Assembly (NCBI GenBank): GCA_036478295.1
Contig: JAZGDW010000281.1
Span: 1-16,272 of the forward strand
Length of the DNA stretch: 16,272 bases
Reading direction: 5' to 3'
From: Candidatus Krumholzibacteriia bacterium
Lineage (GTDB): Bacteria; Krumholzibacteriota; Krumholzibacteriia; WVZY01
Part shown: in pieces, positions 1-9,500 of the stretch
How the letters are laid out: each line of letters opens with the position of its first letter
Numbering within the stretch: the stretch's first letter is position 1
Translations under genes and position numbers: made by a program
Notes under the pieces: model-generated
What the model was told of the DNA's origin: nothing
The model's input: the letters and a program-made list of their open reading frames with translations, nothing else
Database searches by the model: none

Positions 1-1715
1 GTTCCACCCCCATCGGTGGTGATAGCGTTGTCAGTGATTACTGCCTCGCTCGCGTTGGTGAGAAGAATTCCGAAGGAACCACCTCCACCCCCGGCTCCGA
101 GACCGCCTTCGCCACCGGCCCCACCCGCACCTCCACCACCGCCACCACCACCACAAACGAACAGCGAGGCAGCGCTACCACCCCCGCCGCCACCCCCGCC
201 GCTGCCGTGGATCCCAGTCGCGCCTTTCCCGCCGTTGGCGGTGTTGTACTTGCCCGAGCCCAACGAGCCAAACGCAAGTCCGCCGCTACCGGCGGCTCCC
301 TTGCTGCCGGCGCCGCCGGGGCTGCCATCCTTACCTACACCGCCTCCTGTCCCACCGGCACCACCCAAGCCCCCACCTGGCCCTTGTCCATCGGACCCGC
401 GAAGCCCGCCACCAAATGAGTTGCCCCCGTTTCCACCCTTTCCACCAGCTCGCCCGATGGACGAGGCGCCACCATCGCCTCCGCCACCCGATACGCTGCA
501 AAACCCCCCATCCTCACCCTTGCTGCCATTGCTTCCCTTGGCCCCATCCGCCCCCGAACTCCCATTGGCGCCGTCGGCACCCACACCCGCGATAAGTGTG
601 TTGCGTGAGATGACGACGCCCGTACTGGCACTCAGGCCGATAACAGTGGAACTCTCACCGGCCGTTACGCCGTCGGCACTTTCGATCGTCAGTCCGTCAA
701 GGGTCAAATTGTTGGCGCTCGAGCCCCTGACGGCCGTGGGACCGCCGATGATGAACGTCTGATTCTGCTGGATATCACGCAGCCAGGTTGCCGTACTAAA
801 GCCGCCGTAAATGCTAACGTCCGTGCGCAATGTAATCGTCTCTGCATACACTCCGTCGGCTACGTACACGTCCGCGCCATTACTCGAGTTATTGATAGCT
901 TCTTGCACCGAGGCAAGCGGCGCCTCACGTGTACCGGCGTTGGCGTCGTTTCCTGTCTTGCTAACCCATAAGGCGTTTGCCCCGTCTTCGAGAATCCAGA
1001 TCACCACCGTATCGGGCTCGCTCTCCTCGAGTCCGTTGTTCACCGTGAGCTCGAATTCCAATGTGGTAACCATGTCGGGCGTATCGAAGACAGACGGATT
1101 CGCTGCTGATGGATCCGACAGCGTCACCGTTGGACCAAAAATCTGGTTCCACGAGTAGGTCACGGGATCCCCGTCCGGGTCGAGACTCGCCGAACCGTCC
1201 AGTTGGAATGGCTCTGCTTTGCTTTTGTCTTGATCCGGTCCGGCGCTCGCAACGGGCAACGAACTGGCCGTAAACGACCAGGATGAGTCTGCCTCCAGAG
1301 AAGCACCTCCCAGATCTTTCACGTCGTCCGTAATTGTCGCCGTGTAAGTAATCCCCGGATCCAGCGGCGCGTCGGGTGTGTAAGTGGCGGTCTTTCCGCT
1401 GACACTCACAGTGCCGTTGAGACTACTGACTCGAAACGTCGTCGTAGTAACGCTCGAGGCACGGATGTTTTCGTTAAACGTTACGCTTACGATCGTATTG
1501 ACCGGAACCCCAGTAGCTCCATCTGCCGGGAAAACCGAGATGATTTGGGGTGGAACATTTAGCGGCGCCAGTGTTGGAGGTGGGTCATCTCCGCCACACC
1601 CGCCAGCAACGAATAACCACATCGTGGCCAAAGAAACTGATACCAACTTCAGTTTACGATCGCGGGCGAGCGTGTACGCTTTGTTCTGGGGGATAACCCG
1701 ACTTTGACGAGTCAT
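1..1715 (-). CDS. Surface lipoprotein, partial (3' end beyond window): Big_5/SbsA-like Ig domain, PKD-like domain, DUF1565/beta-helix region, PGRS-like Gly-rich region
   Basis: Translated by hand: ATG at 1715 with GGGAGG RBS (1723-1728), then 571 open codons to the window edge. Signal peptide ends VAGG-C40 (1596-1598). Motifs: PQIISVFPADGATGVPVNTIVSVTFNE...SWSFT (Big_5-like); PVASAGPDQ...LDGSASLDPDGDPVTYSWNQ (PKD-like); WVSKTGNDANAGTREAPLASVQEAI...VYVADGVYAETITL...IYGGF (DUF1565-like); then Gly-rich repeats. Confidence 0.9.
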   Translation of the reverse strand, partial: MTRQSRVIPQNKAYTLARDRKLKLVSVSLATMWLFVAGGCGGDDPPPTLAPLNVPPQIISVFPADGATGVPVNTIVSVTFNENIRASSVTTTTFRVSSLNGTVSVSGKTATYTPDAPLDPGITYTATITDDVKDLGGASLEADSSWSFTASSLPVASAGPDQDKSKAEPFQLDGSASLDPDGDPVTYSWNQIFGPTVTLSDPSAANPSVFDTPDMVTTLEFELTVNNGLEESEPDTVVIWILEDGANALWVSKTGNDANAGTREAPLASVQEAINNSSNGADVYVADGVYAETITLRTDVSIYGGFSTATWLRDIQQNQTFIIGGPTAVRGSSANNLTLDGLTIESADGVTAGESSTVIGLSASTGVVISRNTLIAGVGADGANGSSGADGAKGSNGSKGEDGGFCSVSGGGGDGGASSIGRAGGKGGNGGNSFGGGLRGSDGQGPGGGLGGAGGTGGGVGKDGSPGGAGSKGAAGSGGLAFGSLGSGKYNTANGGKGATGIHGSGGGGGGGGSAASLFVCGGGGGGGGAGGAGGEGGLGAGGGGGSFGILLTNASEAVITDNAITTDGGG

Positions 1716-1859
1716 GCGTGTACCTCCCATTGATCTTTGGGGATTAAGGTCGGTTCAGAACGGGGAGTGGCGCGAGATGTGATGAGCAGCTGACTGAAAC
1801 GGCCAACGAGCCCAACAAAATCGGGGGCGATAAGAAAACTCGTGTTACGTTATCACATT

Positions 1860-1888
1860 TAGATAGAAGTGTCTATGATAATTGTCAA
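1860..1888 (-). promoter_or_regulatory. Candidate sigma70 promoter for the leftward lipoprotein gene
   Basis: Minus strand TTGACA (1888-1883), 17-nt spacer, TATCTA (1865-1860), in an AT-rich patch about 145 nt upstream of the ATG. The -35 is perfect and the -10 is weak. Confidence 0.45.
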
Positions 1889-2172
1889 ATCTTGGTGAGG
1901 GCTCGTTAGCAGATGGCTTGCCCCCCAGAGCTTTCCGTTCACAATTCCAAGCCGTCTCAAGAACAGTAATACCCACGCAACCCTCCCCGAATGTCCGCTT
2001 TGCCTTCTGCAATCATAGGGGTTATCGTGCAATCACCGCACCTCCCTGCACCAGGGATCTGCCCGATAGGAAAGCCCTGAATCCCCCCTCGAGTTCCCCG
2101 ACGACACCCTACCCGCCACTACCGGGCATGACGCGAACATCCGCGGTTTTATGGCACCCGTATGCACGACTG

Positions 2173-2188
2173 CGGCACATCGCTTGCT
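2173..2188 (+). promoter_or_regulatory. Candidate sigma54 (-24/-12) promoter for the eight-gene cluster
   Basis: CGGCACATCGCTTGCT: GG (2174-75), exactly 10 nt, GC (2186-87), matching TGGCAC-N5-TTGCW. It lies about 85 nt upstream of the GTG start at 2274. Confidence 0.6.
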
Positions 2189-2273
2189 CTATACCTGCGG
2201 ATTTACGCATGACACTGGCCAAAGCCACTGTGTAAATAGTGGCGTTAACAATTGCTTAAAGAGGGTGGCTATC

Positions 2274-5200
2274 GTGCAGTTCCTAAAGACACATATTCGT
2301 ACCGCCGTTCTCGTAGCGCTTGCGCTGACGCTCGTATCGTCGACCGCGCACGCACAGTACGTTCAGCTTCAGGTGCTGCTGCCGGGTGAGACCGAAGCTC
2401 CGGGAACGTCCTCGGGGAAGCTTGGCACCCCGAGCGCACAGACGGTCGGCATCCCCTTCAACCTGACCGTCCGCGCCTGCGACGCCAACTGGAATACCAT
2501 GACGTCGATAACCAACGTCGTACAGCTCAGCTCTTCCGAAGCGCTGGCGACACTTCCGGCTGCGGCCTCACTTATGAGCGGTACGGTCAGCCTGTCGGTC
2601 ACGCTGAATGCGGCGGGCTCGTTTACGTTGTCCGCAGACGACCAGTCCGACCCAACCATCCCGCTGGCGACCTCCGCGAACGTAACCACGTTCTTGCTGC
2701 AAGGGTTCGACTTTTCAAGAATCAATCAGAAAAACCAGACGGCCGGCATCGCCATGAACATCACACTGTGGGCAGTCGACCCCAACGACAACGTGGTCAC
2801 CGGATTTTCGGGCCCGGTGCTGCTGCAGGAGATCACGAGCTTTGGAAACGGCCGTATCACGCCTTCCGTCGTCAATCTGACCAACGGCACGTGGACCGGC
2901 GGCTTGACCATGTTCCGCGCCGACGAGACCAGCATCAACCGCGGTAACGTGAACGTATTCGCGTCACTCCCCGGTGATCCGACCAAGAATGGCACCAGCG
3001 ATCCGTTCACCGTGCACCCGGGGCCGTTTACTCAGGTGCAGATTGTGGTCGCGGGACAGAGTCCCGCACCCGGCACTGTGAATGGTCTTACCGGCAGTCC
3101 CGCCTCGCAAGCGGCCGGACAGCTCTTTCAGGTGGACGTTTACTCCACCGATGACTTCTGGAACCCGGTGCCCAGTATAGACGTCGTCCGCATCACCTCG
3201 AGTGATCCGGCGGCGAGCACACCGGTCACCGACGCCTTGCTCAACGGTTTCGTCCAGCTTATTCTCTCGCTGGGTACGGTCGGCACACAGACGCTCACCG
3301 TCACCGATCAGACCAACGGTGCGATCCAGGGCATGACCAGCGCAGGGATTCTGGTCACGCCGAGCGCGCCCGACCATTTCGAAATCGATCCCATCCCGTC
3401 ACCGCTCACCGCCGGTACCAGCATTCCGGTCACCATTCGCGCCACCGACGTGGGCGGCAACACGGTCCCCGACTTCAGCGGCAACGGGATCCTGGTGGCC
3501 AATACGGGCCCGGGCAGCATTACGCCCGAGGCCATCGTCTTTGTGGCCGGCGTGTGGACGGGCAACATGGTATTTCGCGGTGCGGGTGGTGCCGTTGCAC
3601 TGACCTGTGCCGATTTCGCCTCCCCACCCCACATCGGTACCAGCAACAACTTCCAGGTGCTGCCGGCAGCTTTCTCGGGCATGCAGATACTTCTCCCCGG
3701 GCAGACGCCGCGGGGAGGGACCGCCATCGGCTTTACCGGCACCCCGACCGACCAGAACGCGGGTGCCAGCTTCAACCTTACCGTCAGAGCCGTCGACCAG
3801 TTCTGGAACCGCGTCTCGGGCGTGAACCACCTTTTTTCCCTGACCTCGACCGATACGTTCGCTGCCATGCCGTCCGACACGACACTTATAAACGGCGAGC
3901 TGATCTTTCCGGTGAGGCTCCATAAGGGCGGCAGCCAGACCATTACCGTCACCGACATCGATACGACCGGAATCACCCCGCACACCTCGAGCCCGGTAAA
4001 CATCCTCCCGGGCACGTACTCACGCATTCTCTTGATCGCACCGGGCGAGATCGTCGCGCCGGGACTGGCCGACGGGCGCTCTGGAGCGGCCACCGACCAA
4101 TCGATCAATTTTTCGTTTACCGTCACCGTCTACGCCACCGACCAGTGGTTCAACCCCATGGGAGGCGTGACCGACGTGGTACGAATTACTTCCGGCGACC
4201 CGCTTGCGCAGCTGCCGCCGGATACACCGCTGGCGAACGGCCGTGCCGACTTGACCATGCGGCTCTCGACCGGAGGTTTCCAGCAGATTACGGCGGAGAA
4301 CCTGACCCAGCCAGCGATGCCGACCAGTACGACCCAGGTGAAGGCGATATCCAGCGGTTTCCATCTCGAGGCCGATGTCAGTCCCACCAACGTGGGCGCG
4401 GGTGAGCCGTTCAACTTGACCGTGCGGGTGACCAACGACGCGGGCAGCGTGATCCAGGAAATCAATTCGTTCGTCACAGTCGTGGTCCAGAACGCGTCGA
4501 CGCAGGCGCCCGGCCAGGGCACTTTGCTAAACACCCAGTTCCAGCTCCTGCAGGGCGAGCGCACCATCGCGGAGACCTATACTTTCGCAGAGGACATTGT
4601 GCTCGTGATCACGGACGATGCGGGCAATGACCCCGCCGTGAGCGCGGTAGTCATGGTCACACCGGGCACACCGGCGGACATCCAACTGACCAGCAATCCG
4701 CCGTGGGTGCACGGCAACTCAAACTCCACCATTCGGGCACGACTGGTGGACGCTTATGACAACGGCTTCCCTGGAGCGCCGATGGTGTTCCAGATGGTGA
4801 GCGGCACGGGCACGCTGACCCCAATTGACTCTCTCACCAACAACAACGGTGTCGCGCTGGCTGACTTTGCGGCGCCGCGCGTGCCGGAGATCGACCGCAT
4901 CCGCGCCACGTCCGGCGCCATCGTCGCCGAGATAGACGTCGAAACTGCCTTTGTCGATCCCAGCAAACCGGCCGGCAGCATTACCAATTACCCGAATCCG
5001 TTCCACCCCAACGAGGCGCCGACCACGATCGCCTACAAGATTTCCGACGACGCAACCGTGACGATCCGCATCTACACGCTCAGCGGCGGACTGGTGCTTA
5101 AGACCACGTTCGACCAGGGCACACCGGGCGGCGTCACCGGACTCAACGAGTTCCAGTGGGACGGGCGAAACGGTGACGGCGAGCTCGTCGCAAGCGGCGG

Positions 5201-5279
5201 CTATATCGTCGTCGTCGAAGCCGTCGGTAACGGGGAGACTTTACAAACCATGCGCCGCAAGATCGGCGTGGTGCGATAG
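2274..5279 (+). CDS. Secreted multi-Ig-domain surface protein (1001 aa) with C-terminal T9SS type-A-like/FlgD-Ig domain
   Basis: GTG at 2274 with GAGG RBS at 2261-2264; Sec signal ending AHA|Q. About 8 beta-rich ~110-aa Ig-like repeats. C-terminus NYPNPF...TIAYKI...VTIRIYTLSGGLV...WDGRNGDGELVASGGYIVVV...RKIGVVR. Confidence 0.9.
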   Translation: MQFLKTHIRTAVLVALALTLVSSTAHAQYVQLQVLLPGETEAPGTSSGKLGTPSAQTVGIPFNLTVRACDANWNTMTSITNVVQLSSSEALATLPAAASLMSGTVSLSVTLNAAGSFTLSADDQSDPTIPLATSANVTTFLLQGFDFSRINQKNQTAGIAMNITLWAVDPNDNVVTGFSGPVLLQEITSFGNGRITPSVVNLTNGTWTGGLTMFRADETSINRGNVNVFASLPGDPTKNGTSDPFTVHPGPFTQVQIVVAGQSPAPGTVNGLTGSPASQAAGQLFQVDVYSTDDFWNPVPSIDVVRITSSDPAASTPVTDALLNGFVQLILSLGTVGTQTLTVTDQTNGAIQGMTSAGILVTPSAPDHFEIDPIPSPLTAGTSIPVTIRATDVGGNTVPDFSGNGILVANTGPGSITPEAIVFVAGVWTGNMVFRGAGGAVALTCADFASPPHIGTSNNFQVLPAAFSGMQILLPGQTPRGGTAIGFTGTPTDQNAGASFNLTVRAVDQFWNRVSGVNHLFSLTSTDTFAAMPSDTTLINGELIFPVRLHKGGSQTITVTDIDTTGITPHTSSPVNILPGTYSRILLIAPGEIVAPGLADGRSGAATDQSINFSFTVTVYATDQWFNPMGGVTDVVRITSGDPLAQLPPDTPLANGRADLTMRLSTGGFQQITAENLTQPAMPTSTTQVKAISSGFHLEADVSPTNVGAGEPFNLTVRVTNDAGSVIQEINSFVTVVVQNASTQAPGQGTLLNTQFQLLQGERTIAETYTFAEDIVLVITDDAGNDPAVSAVVMVTPGTPADIQLTSNPPWVHGNSNSTIRARLVDAYDNGFPGAPMVFQMVSGTGTLTPIDSLTNNNGVALADFAAPRVPEIDRIRATSGAIVAEIDVETAFVDPSKPAGSITNYPNPFHPNEAPTTIAYKISDDATVTIRIYTLSGGLVLKTTFDQGTPGGVTGLNEFQWDGRNGDGELVASGGYIVVVEAVGNGETLQTMRRKIGVVR

Positions 5280-5295
5280 ACAACCGGGAGGACCC

Positions 5296-6561
5296 ATGCT
5301 TACAACACACGGACATCATCTTCGCGGGTTCACTCTGACCCTGGCCCTTGTCATGGGCCTGGTTGCCTGCGCGGGCGTCGCGCTCGCCCAGGACCCCAAC
5401 GGTGGCGTACCCGGCGACTGGCTTTCCCGCTACATGGGCACGCGGAGCGCTGGCCTCGGCGGCGCGTTCGTGGCGGCCGCCAACGACCCCACCGGCGTGT
5501 TGTGGAATCCCGCCGGTTTGTCGCTGATCGCCCAGAACGCCGTACACCTGGAATCGGCGCGTCTTTTCGAGGACACGTCCATCCAGGGATTGAGCTTCGC
5601 CATACCGGCGCGGCGTTTTCCCAGTTTTGGACTGACCATCTTGAACCTGCGCTCGGGCAAGTTCGAGCGCACCAATGAGTTCAACCAACCGCTCGGTGAT
5701 TTCAGCGAGAGCGACATGGCGTTCTTTCTGTCCGCGGCAAAGAGTATCAGCCCCCGGCTCGCCCTCGGCGCCAACGTCAAAGTCGTGCGCCAGAGTATCG
5801 ACGAATTCGACGGCGTGGGTGTCGGTGTTGACCTCGGCGTTATCTATAGTGTCACCCCCAAGCTGCGTGTCGGCGGCACACTGATCAACCTGGGCGGCCC
5901 GACGCTCAAGCTGCGGGACACCGACGAGACATTTCCGTTCGAATTCCGCGGCGGCCTGGCGCTGACCTTCTTCAACGGTCGCGGCATGGTGGCGGCCGAA
6001 GTCGACCACCGCTCCGGTCCCGGCGCGTCGTTTCACGCGGGCAGCGAGTTCTGGGTTCACCACTCGATGGCGCTTCGCCTCGGCTATGCAGAGGACGCGC
6101 CGACCGGCGGTTTCAGCTACCGCATATCACCGGATCTTTTTCTCGACTACGCTGCTTCCGATGCGGAGCTGGGTGTCACCCATCACTTCGGCATCTCGTA
6201 CAACTTCGGTGGATTCTTCGCCAGTTCCGAAGCCATTCCGCCGGTGTTTTCACCGATCGGCCAGCAGTCCGTGACCAAGTTTCACCTGCGCGCCAGGACC
6301 AAGGCCGAGGCGAGCTCGTGGAACCTCGAGATTATCGATAAATCAAGCCAGGTCGTGCGCCGTTTCGGTGGCAGGGGAGTGCCGCCGGCGCATGTCATGT
6401 GGGATGGCAAGGACGAAACCGGATTGCCGCTGCCCGACGGGATCTACCGTTATCAGCTGGTGGTCATCGACGTCGAAGGCCGGGAATTTGTCGGCCATGA
6501 GCGCGACGTCGAGATCACCACGGGTGGTCCGCAGGGTTCGGTCCCGGTTTTTACGGACTAA
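5296..6561 (+). CDS. PorV/PorQ-family (FadL-like) outer-membrane beta-barrel fused to a C-terminal FlgD-Ig-like domain (421 aa)
   Basis: ATG at 5296 with GGGAGG RBS; signal ending ALA|Q. Family motif GTRSAGLGGAFVAAANDPTGVLWNPAGL; amphipathic strands ending HHFGISYNF (6181-6207). Then FSP...WNLEI...WDGKDETG...PDGIYRYQL. Confidence 0.85.
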   Translation: MLTTHGHHLRGFTLTLALVMGLVACAGVALAQDPNGGVPGDWLSRYMGTRSAGLGGAFVAAANDPTGVLWNPAGLSLIAQNAVHLESARLFEDTSIQGLSFAIPARRFPSFGLTILNLRSGKFERTNEFNQPLGDFSESDMAFFLSAAKSISPRLALGANVKVVRQSIDEFDGVGVGVDLGVIYSVTPKLRVGGTLINLGGPTLKLRDTDETFPFEFRGGLALTFFNGRGMVAAEVDHRSGPGASFHAGSEFWVHHSMALRLGYAEDAPTGGFSYRISPDLFLDYAASDAELGVTHHFGISYNFGGFFASSEAIPPVFSPIGQQSVTKFHLRARTKAEASSWNLEIIDKSSQVVRRFGGRGVPPAHVMWDGKDETGLPLPDGIYRYQLVVIDVEGREFVGHERDVEITTGGPQGSVPVFTD

Positions 6562-6574
6562 CGCAGGAGTCATC

Positions 6575-9500
6575 ATGGATTGGGAGAAACTATTGCGGAT
6601 CGTACGCATCCCCGCGTTTCTGAGCGTGGGGTTGTGTCTTGTGGCCGCCCCCGTTTACGGGCAGGACGATAAATCACCCGTCGAAACCAGAACGCTGGAC
6701 AGCGTCGGCATGGAGTTCGAGTGGGCGCGCCTCAGGCCGCTCGCCGACCGACGCGCGGCCCTGACTAACGTCGTCACGTCGTTCGACCAGCTCATGCGGG
6801 GCGATGTGCCGAAGCAGAAAAAGAGCGCCGCGCAATTCCTGTTCGCCGAGATCCTCTTTGCCTCGGGCGATTACCGCGAGGCGGCCAGTCAGTTCAACAA
6901 GGCCGCCAAGGCCGGCAAGAAGGGTCCCTTCGCGGACGACGCCGCCTTCGCCGGCATCCTCGCCCTCGAAGCACAGGGCCGCGACAAGGAGGCCGCCCGC
7001 CAGTGGAAGAAATGGCAAAAACAATACGGCACGAGCCCGCTCATGCCGGAAATGCTCCTTGCCCACACCTGGAACGCGCTGCGCCGTGATTCGCTGCGTG
7101 AAGCGACGCTTAGCTTCGCGCGGCTCAAGAGCGGCTTTCCCTACATGGTGCGAAAATCACGTGTCGTTCTGACCGGCGCGACCCTCGCCTACCTCGACAA
7201 CCGGTCCGACGAAACCCTCGCGCTTCTCGGCAGGAGCGAGACCGGCGTTGCCGCCATCTACCTGCGTGCCCTCGCCTACGAGGCCAAGGGCGCAATGCTG
7301 AAGGCCGCCGCTCAGTACCAGGAAGTCGTCGAGCGATTCCCGCGTTCCGTACTGCGCGATCACGCCATGATCGCCAAGGCCAATATTTTTCTCACCAGCA
7401 GCGCGTACCGCAGCGCCGCCGAGGAGTTCGGCCGTGTCACCGAGAAGGCCAGGCATGCGGACGTCCGCGCGGAGTCGGCCCTGAGACAGGCGGCGTGTGT
7501 ATTTCTGGATGGAAATGCCGAGGACGGCACCCAGCTGCTGCGGCAGGTCGTGGCTCAGCACGCCGGGACCGACGTGGCCGCGCGCGCGCAGCTCATGCTC
7601 GGCGAGGTGCTCGTCAGTCAGTCATTATATGAAGAGGCCATTCTGGAATTCAACCGCGTGCTCACCAGTTATTTCCAGCACGAGCTCGCCGCCAGCGCGC
7701 AGTACCGCGTGGGGCGGTGTCTCGATGCGCTCGAACGTCGCAACGAAGCAACCACTGCTTATAAGCTCGTCGTCTCCGGCTACCCGCAGGCGCCGCAGTC
7801 TCCGGCGGCCGCCTATCTCGCCGGCGTCGGACTTCTCGACCAGAACCGGCCGCAGGCCGCCGTACCGTATTTCCAACTGGTCCTAGACCGCTACGCGCAG
7901 GACAGCGAAGGCTCGATCGTCTTCGCCTCGACCGATCACCAGGAGCTGGTCGAGGCGTCACTGTGCCTGCTCGAGCTCTCGTACCACCGCATCGGCAACA
8001 TGGGACAGCTCACCGGCGTGCCGCACCAGATGCTGCAGAAGATGCCGCCAAGCAAGTCGCCGTGGCGGGCGTGGGCACTCCTTATAGATGCCGACGCGTT
8101 GGCCGCGCAGGCGCGTTACGGCGATGCGCAGGGCGTGCTCGCCACGTTGATCAAGGAATTTCCCACGCACAGCGTGGGGGTGGGCGCGAACCGGCTGCTC
8201 GCATGGACCTACGCGCGCCAAGGCAAGGACGACCTGGCCATTGCCACCGAAGAGCGCATGCTGGCCCGTTACGCCGAATCGGGCGACCGTGACAACTTGA
8301 GCGCCGCCTATCTCAACAAGGCGCACATTCTTTTCAATCGCAAGAAATACCGGGACGCCGCGAGCACCTACGATGATTTCCTCCAGCGTTTCCCCGCTCA
8401 TGAGCAACGGCCGCTCGCGCTGTACCAGTCGGGGCTGTGCCACTCGCGGCTCGATCATAACGGCGATGCCGTCGACCGCTGGGAAGCCGTGGTCGAGATC
8501 GACCCGTCGGCCGAGATCGCCGAGAAGGCCTGGGTGCGGGCCGGTGACCTGTACTTTCAAACCGAACACTACGAAGACGCCAAACGCTGCTACCAGGGAC
8601 TGCTGGATAATTTCGCCAACAGCCGTGCCGCCGCCCTCGGCATGCTGCGCATGGCCCAGTGTGATTACAATGCGGGCCGCGACGCGGAAGCCCTCGACGG
8701 CTTCTCCGCAGTGGCCGAGCTGTTCCCCGGCACGGGCATCTCCAAGGAAGCCGGGCGCGGCATCGAGCGCGCGCTCTATCGTTTGGGTCAGCGCGCGGAC
8801 AGCGACGAGATTCTGGCCGAACTCGTGGAGCGCTACCCGACCAGTTCGTTTGCCGCCGACGCACAGTTCGAGATCGCCATGCGCCATTTCGAAGCGGGCA
8901 AGTTTTTCGAAGCCGCCGAAGCGTTCCGGCGCGTCATCAGCCAGTTTCCCAGTTATCAGGAAGGCGACCGTGCACACTTTCTCATGGCCGACGCCTACGG
9001 CAAGGCCGGACAGGCGACGGACGCGCGGCTCGCCTACGAGCAGTTTCTCATGTTCTTTCCGGAGAGCGAGCTTCGCACGACGGTGCGTTTCCGCCTGGGA
9101 TCGGGCCGTTTCGACGAGGGCAACTACATGCAGGCCGCCGTCGACTTCATGACGGTGCTCGAAGACTCGACGACCCTGGAAATCGCATCGGCCGCGCTTT
9201 TCAACCTGGCGCTGTGCCGCCGCATACTGGAGGAAACCGCGGAGGCCAGGACGCTTCTCGAACGCTACCGCAAGCGCTACCCGAATGACGAGCGCGCCTC
9301 CCAGGTGGCCTACCAGCTGGGTGACATTCTCGACCTGAGCGGCGAGTACTTCGATGCCGCCGAACAGTACAAGCTCTCCATCCGCTCCGGCGCCGACCCC
9401 GTGCTCACCATCGAGCTCTACTACCGTCTCGGCGTGTGCCGCGAGCACCTGGACAACGACAAGGGCGCCATCCGCGCGTACCGGCAGGCCCTCAGTTCGA

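Noticed and set aside
16..762. Proline-rich 248-aa plus-strand ORF (also 811-1158 and 1384-1707)
   Set aside because: Antisense shadow of the Gly-rich minus-strand lipoprotein gene, which has an RBS, a lipobox and recognisable domains.
1882..2235. 117-aa ORF in the divergent intergenic region
   Set aside because: TTG start without an RBS, no motifs, and it overlaps both candidate promoters.
2151..6574. Upstream starts in the ORF track (2151, 5173, 6368; likewise 10828, 12441, 15024)
   Set aside because: Downstream starts have RBSs and place signal peptides or TM segments at the N-terminus; several upstream starts overlap the preceding gene.
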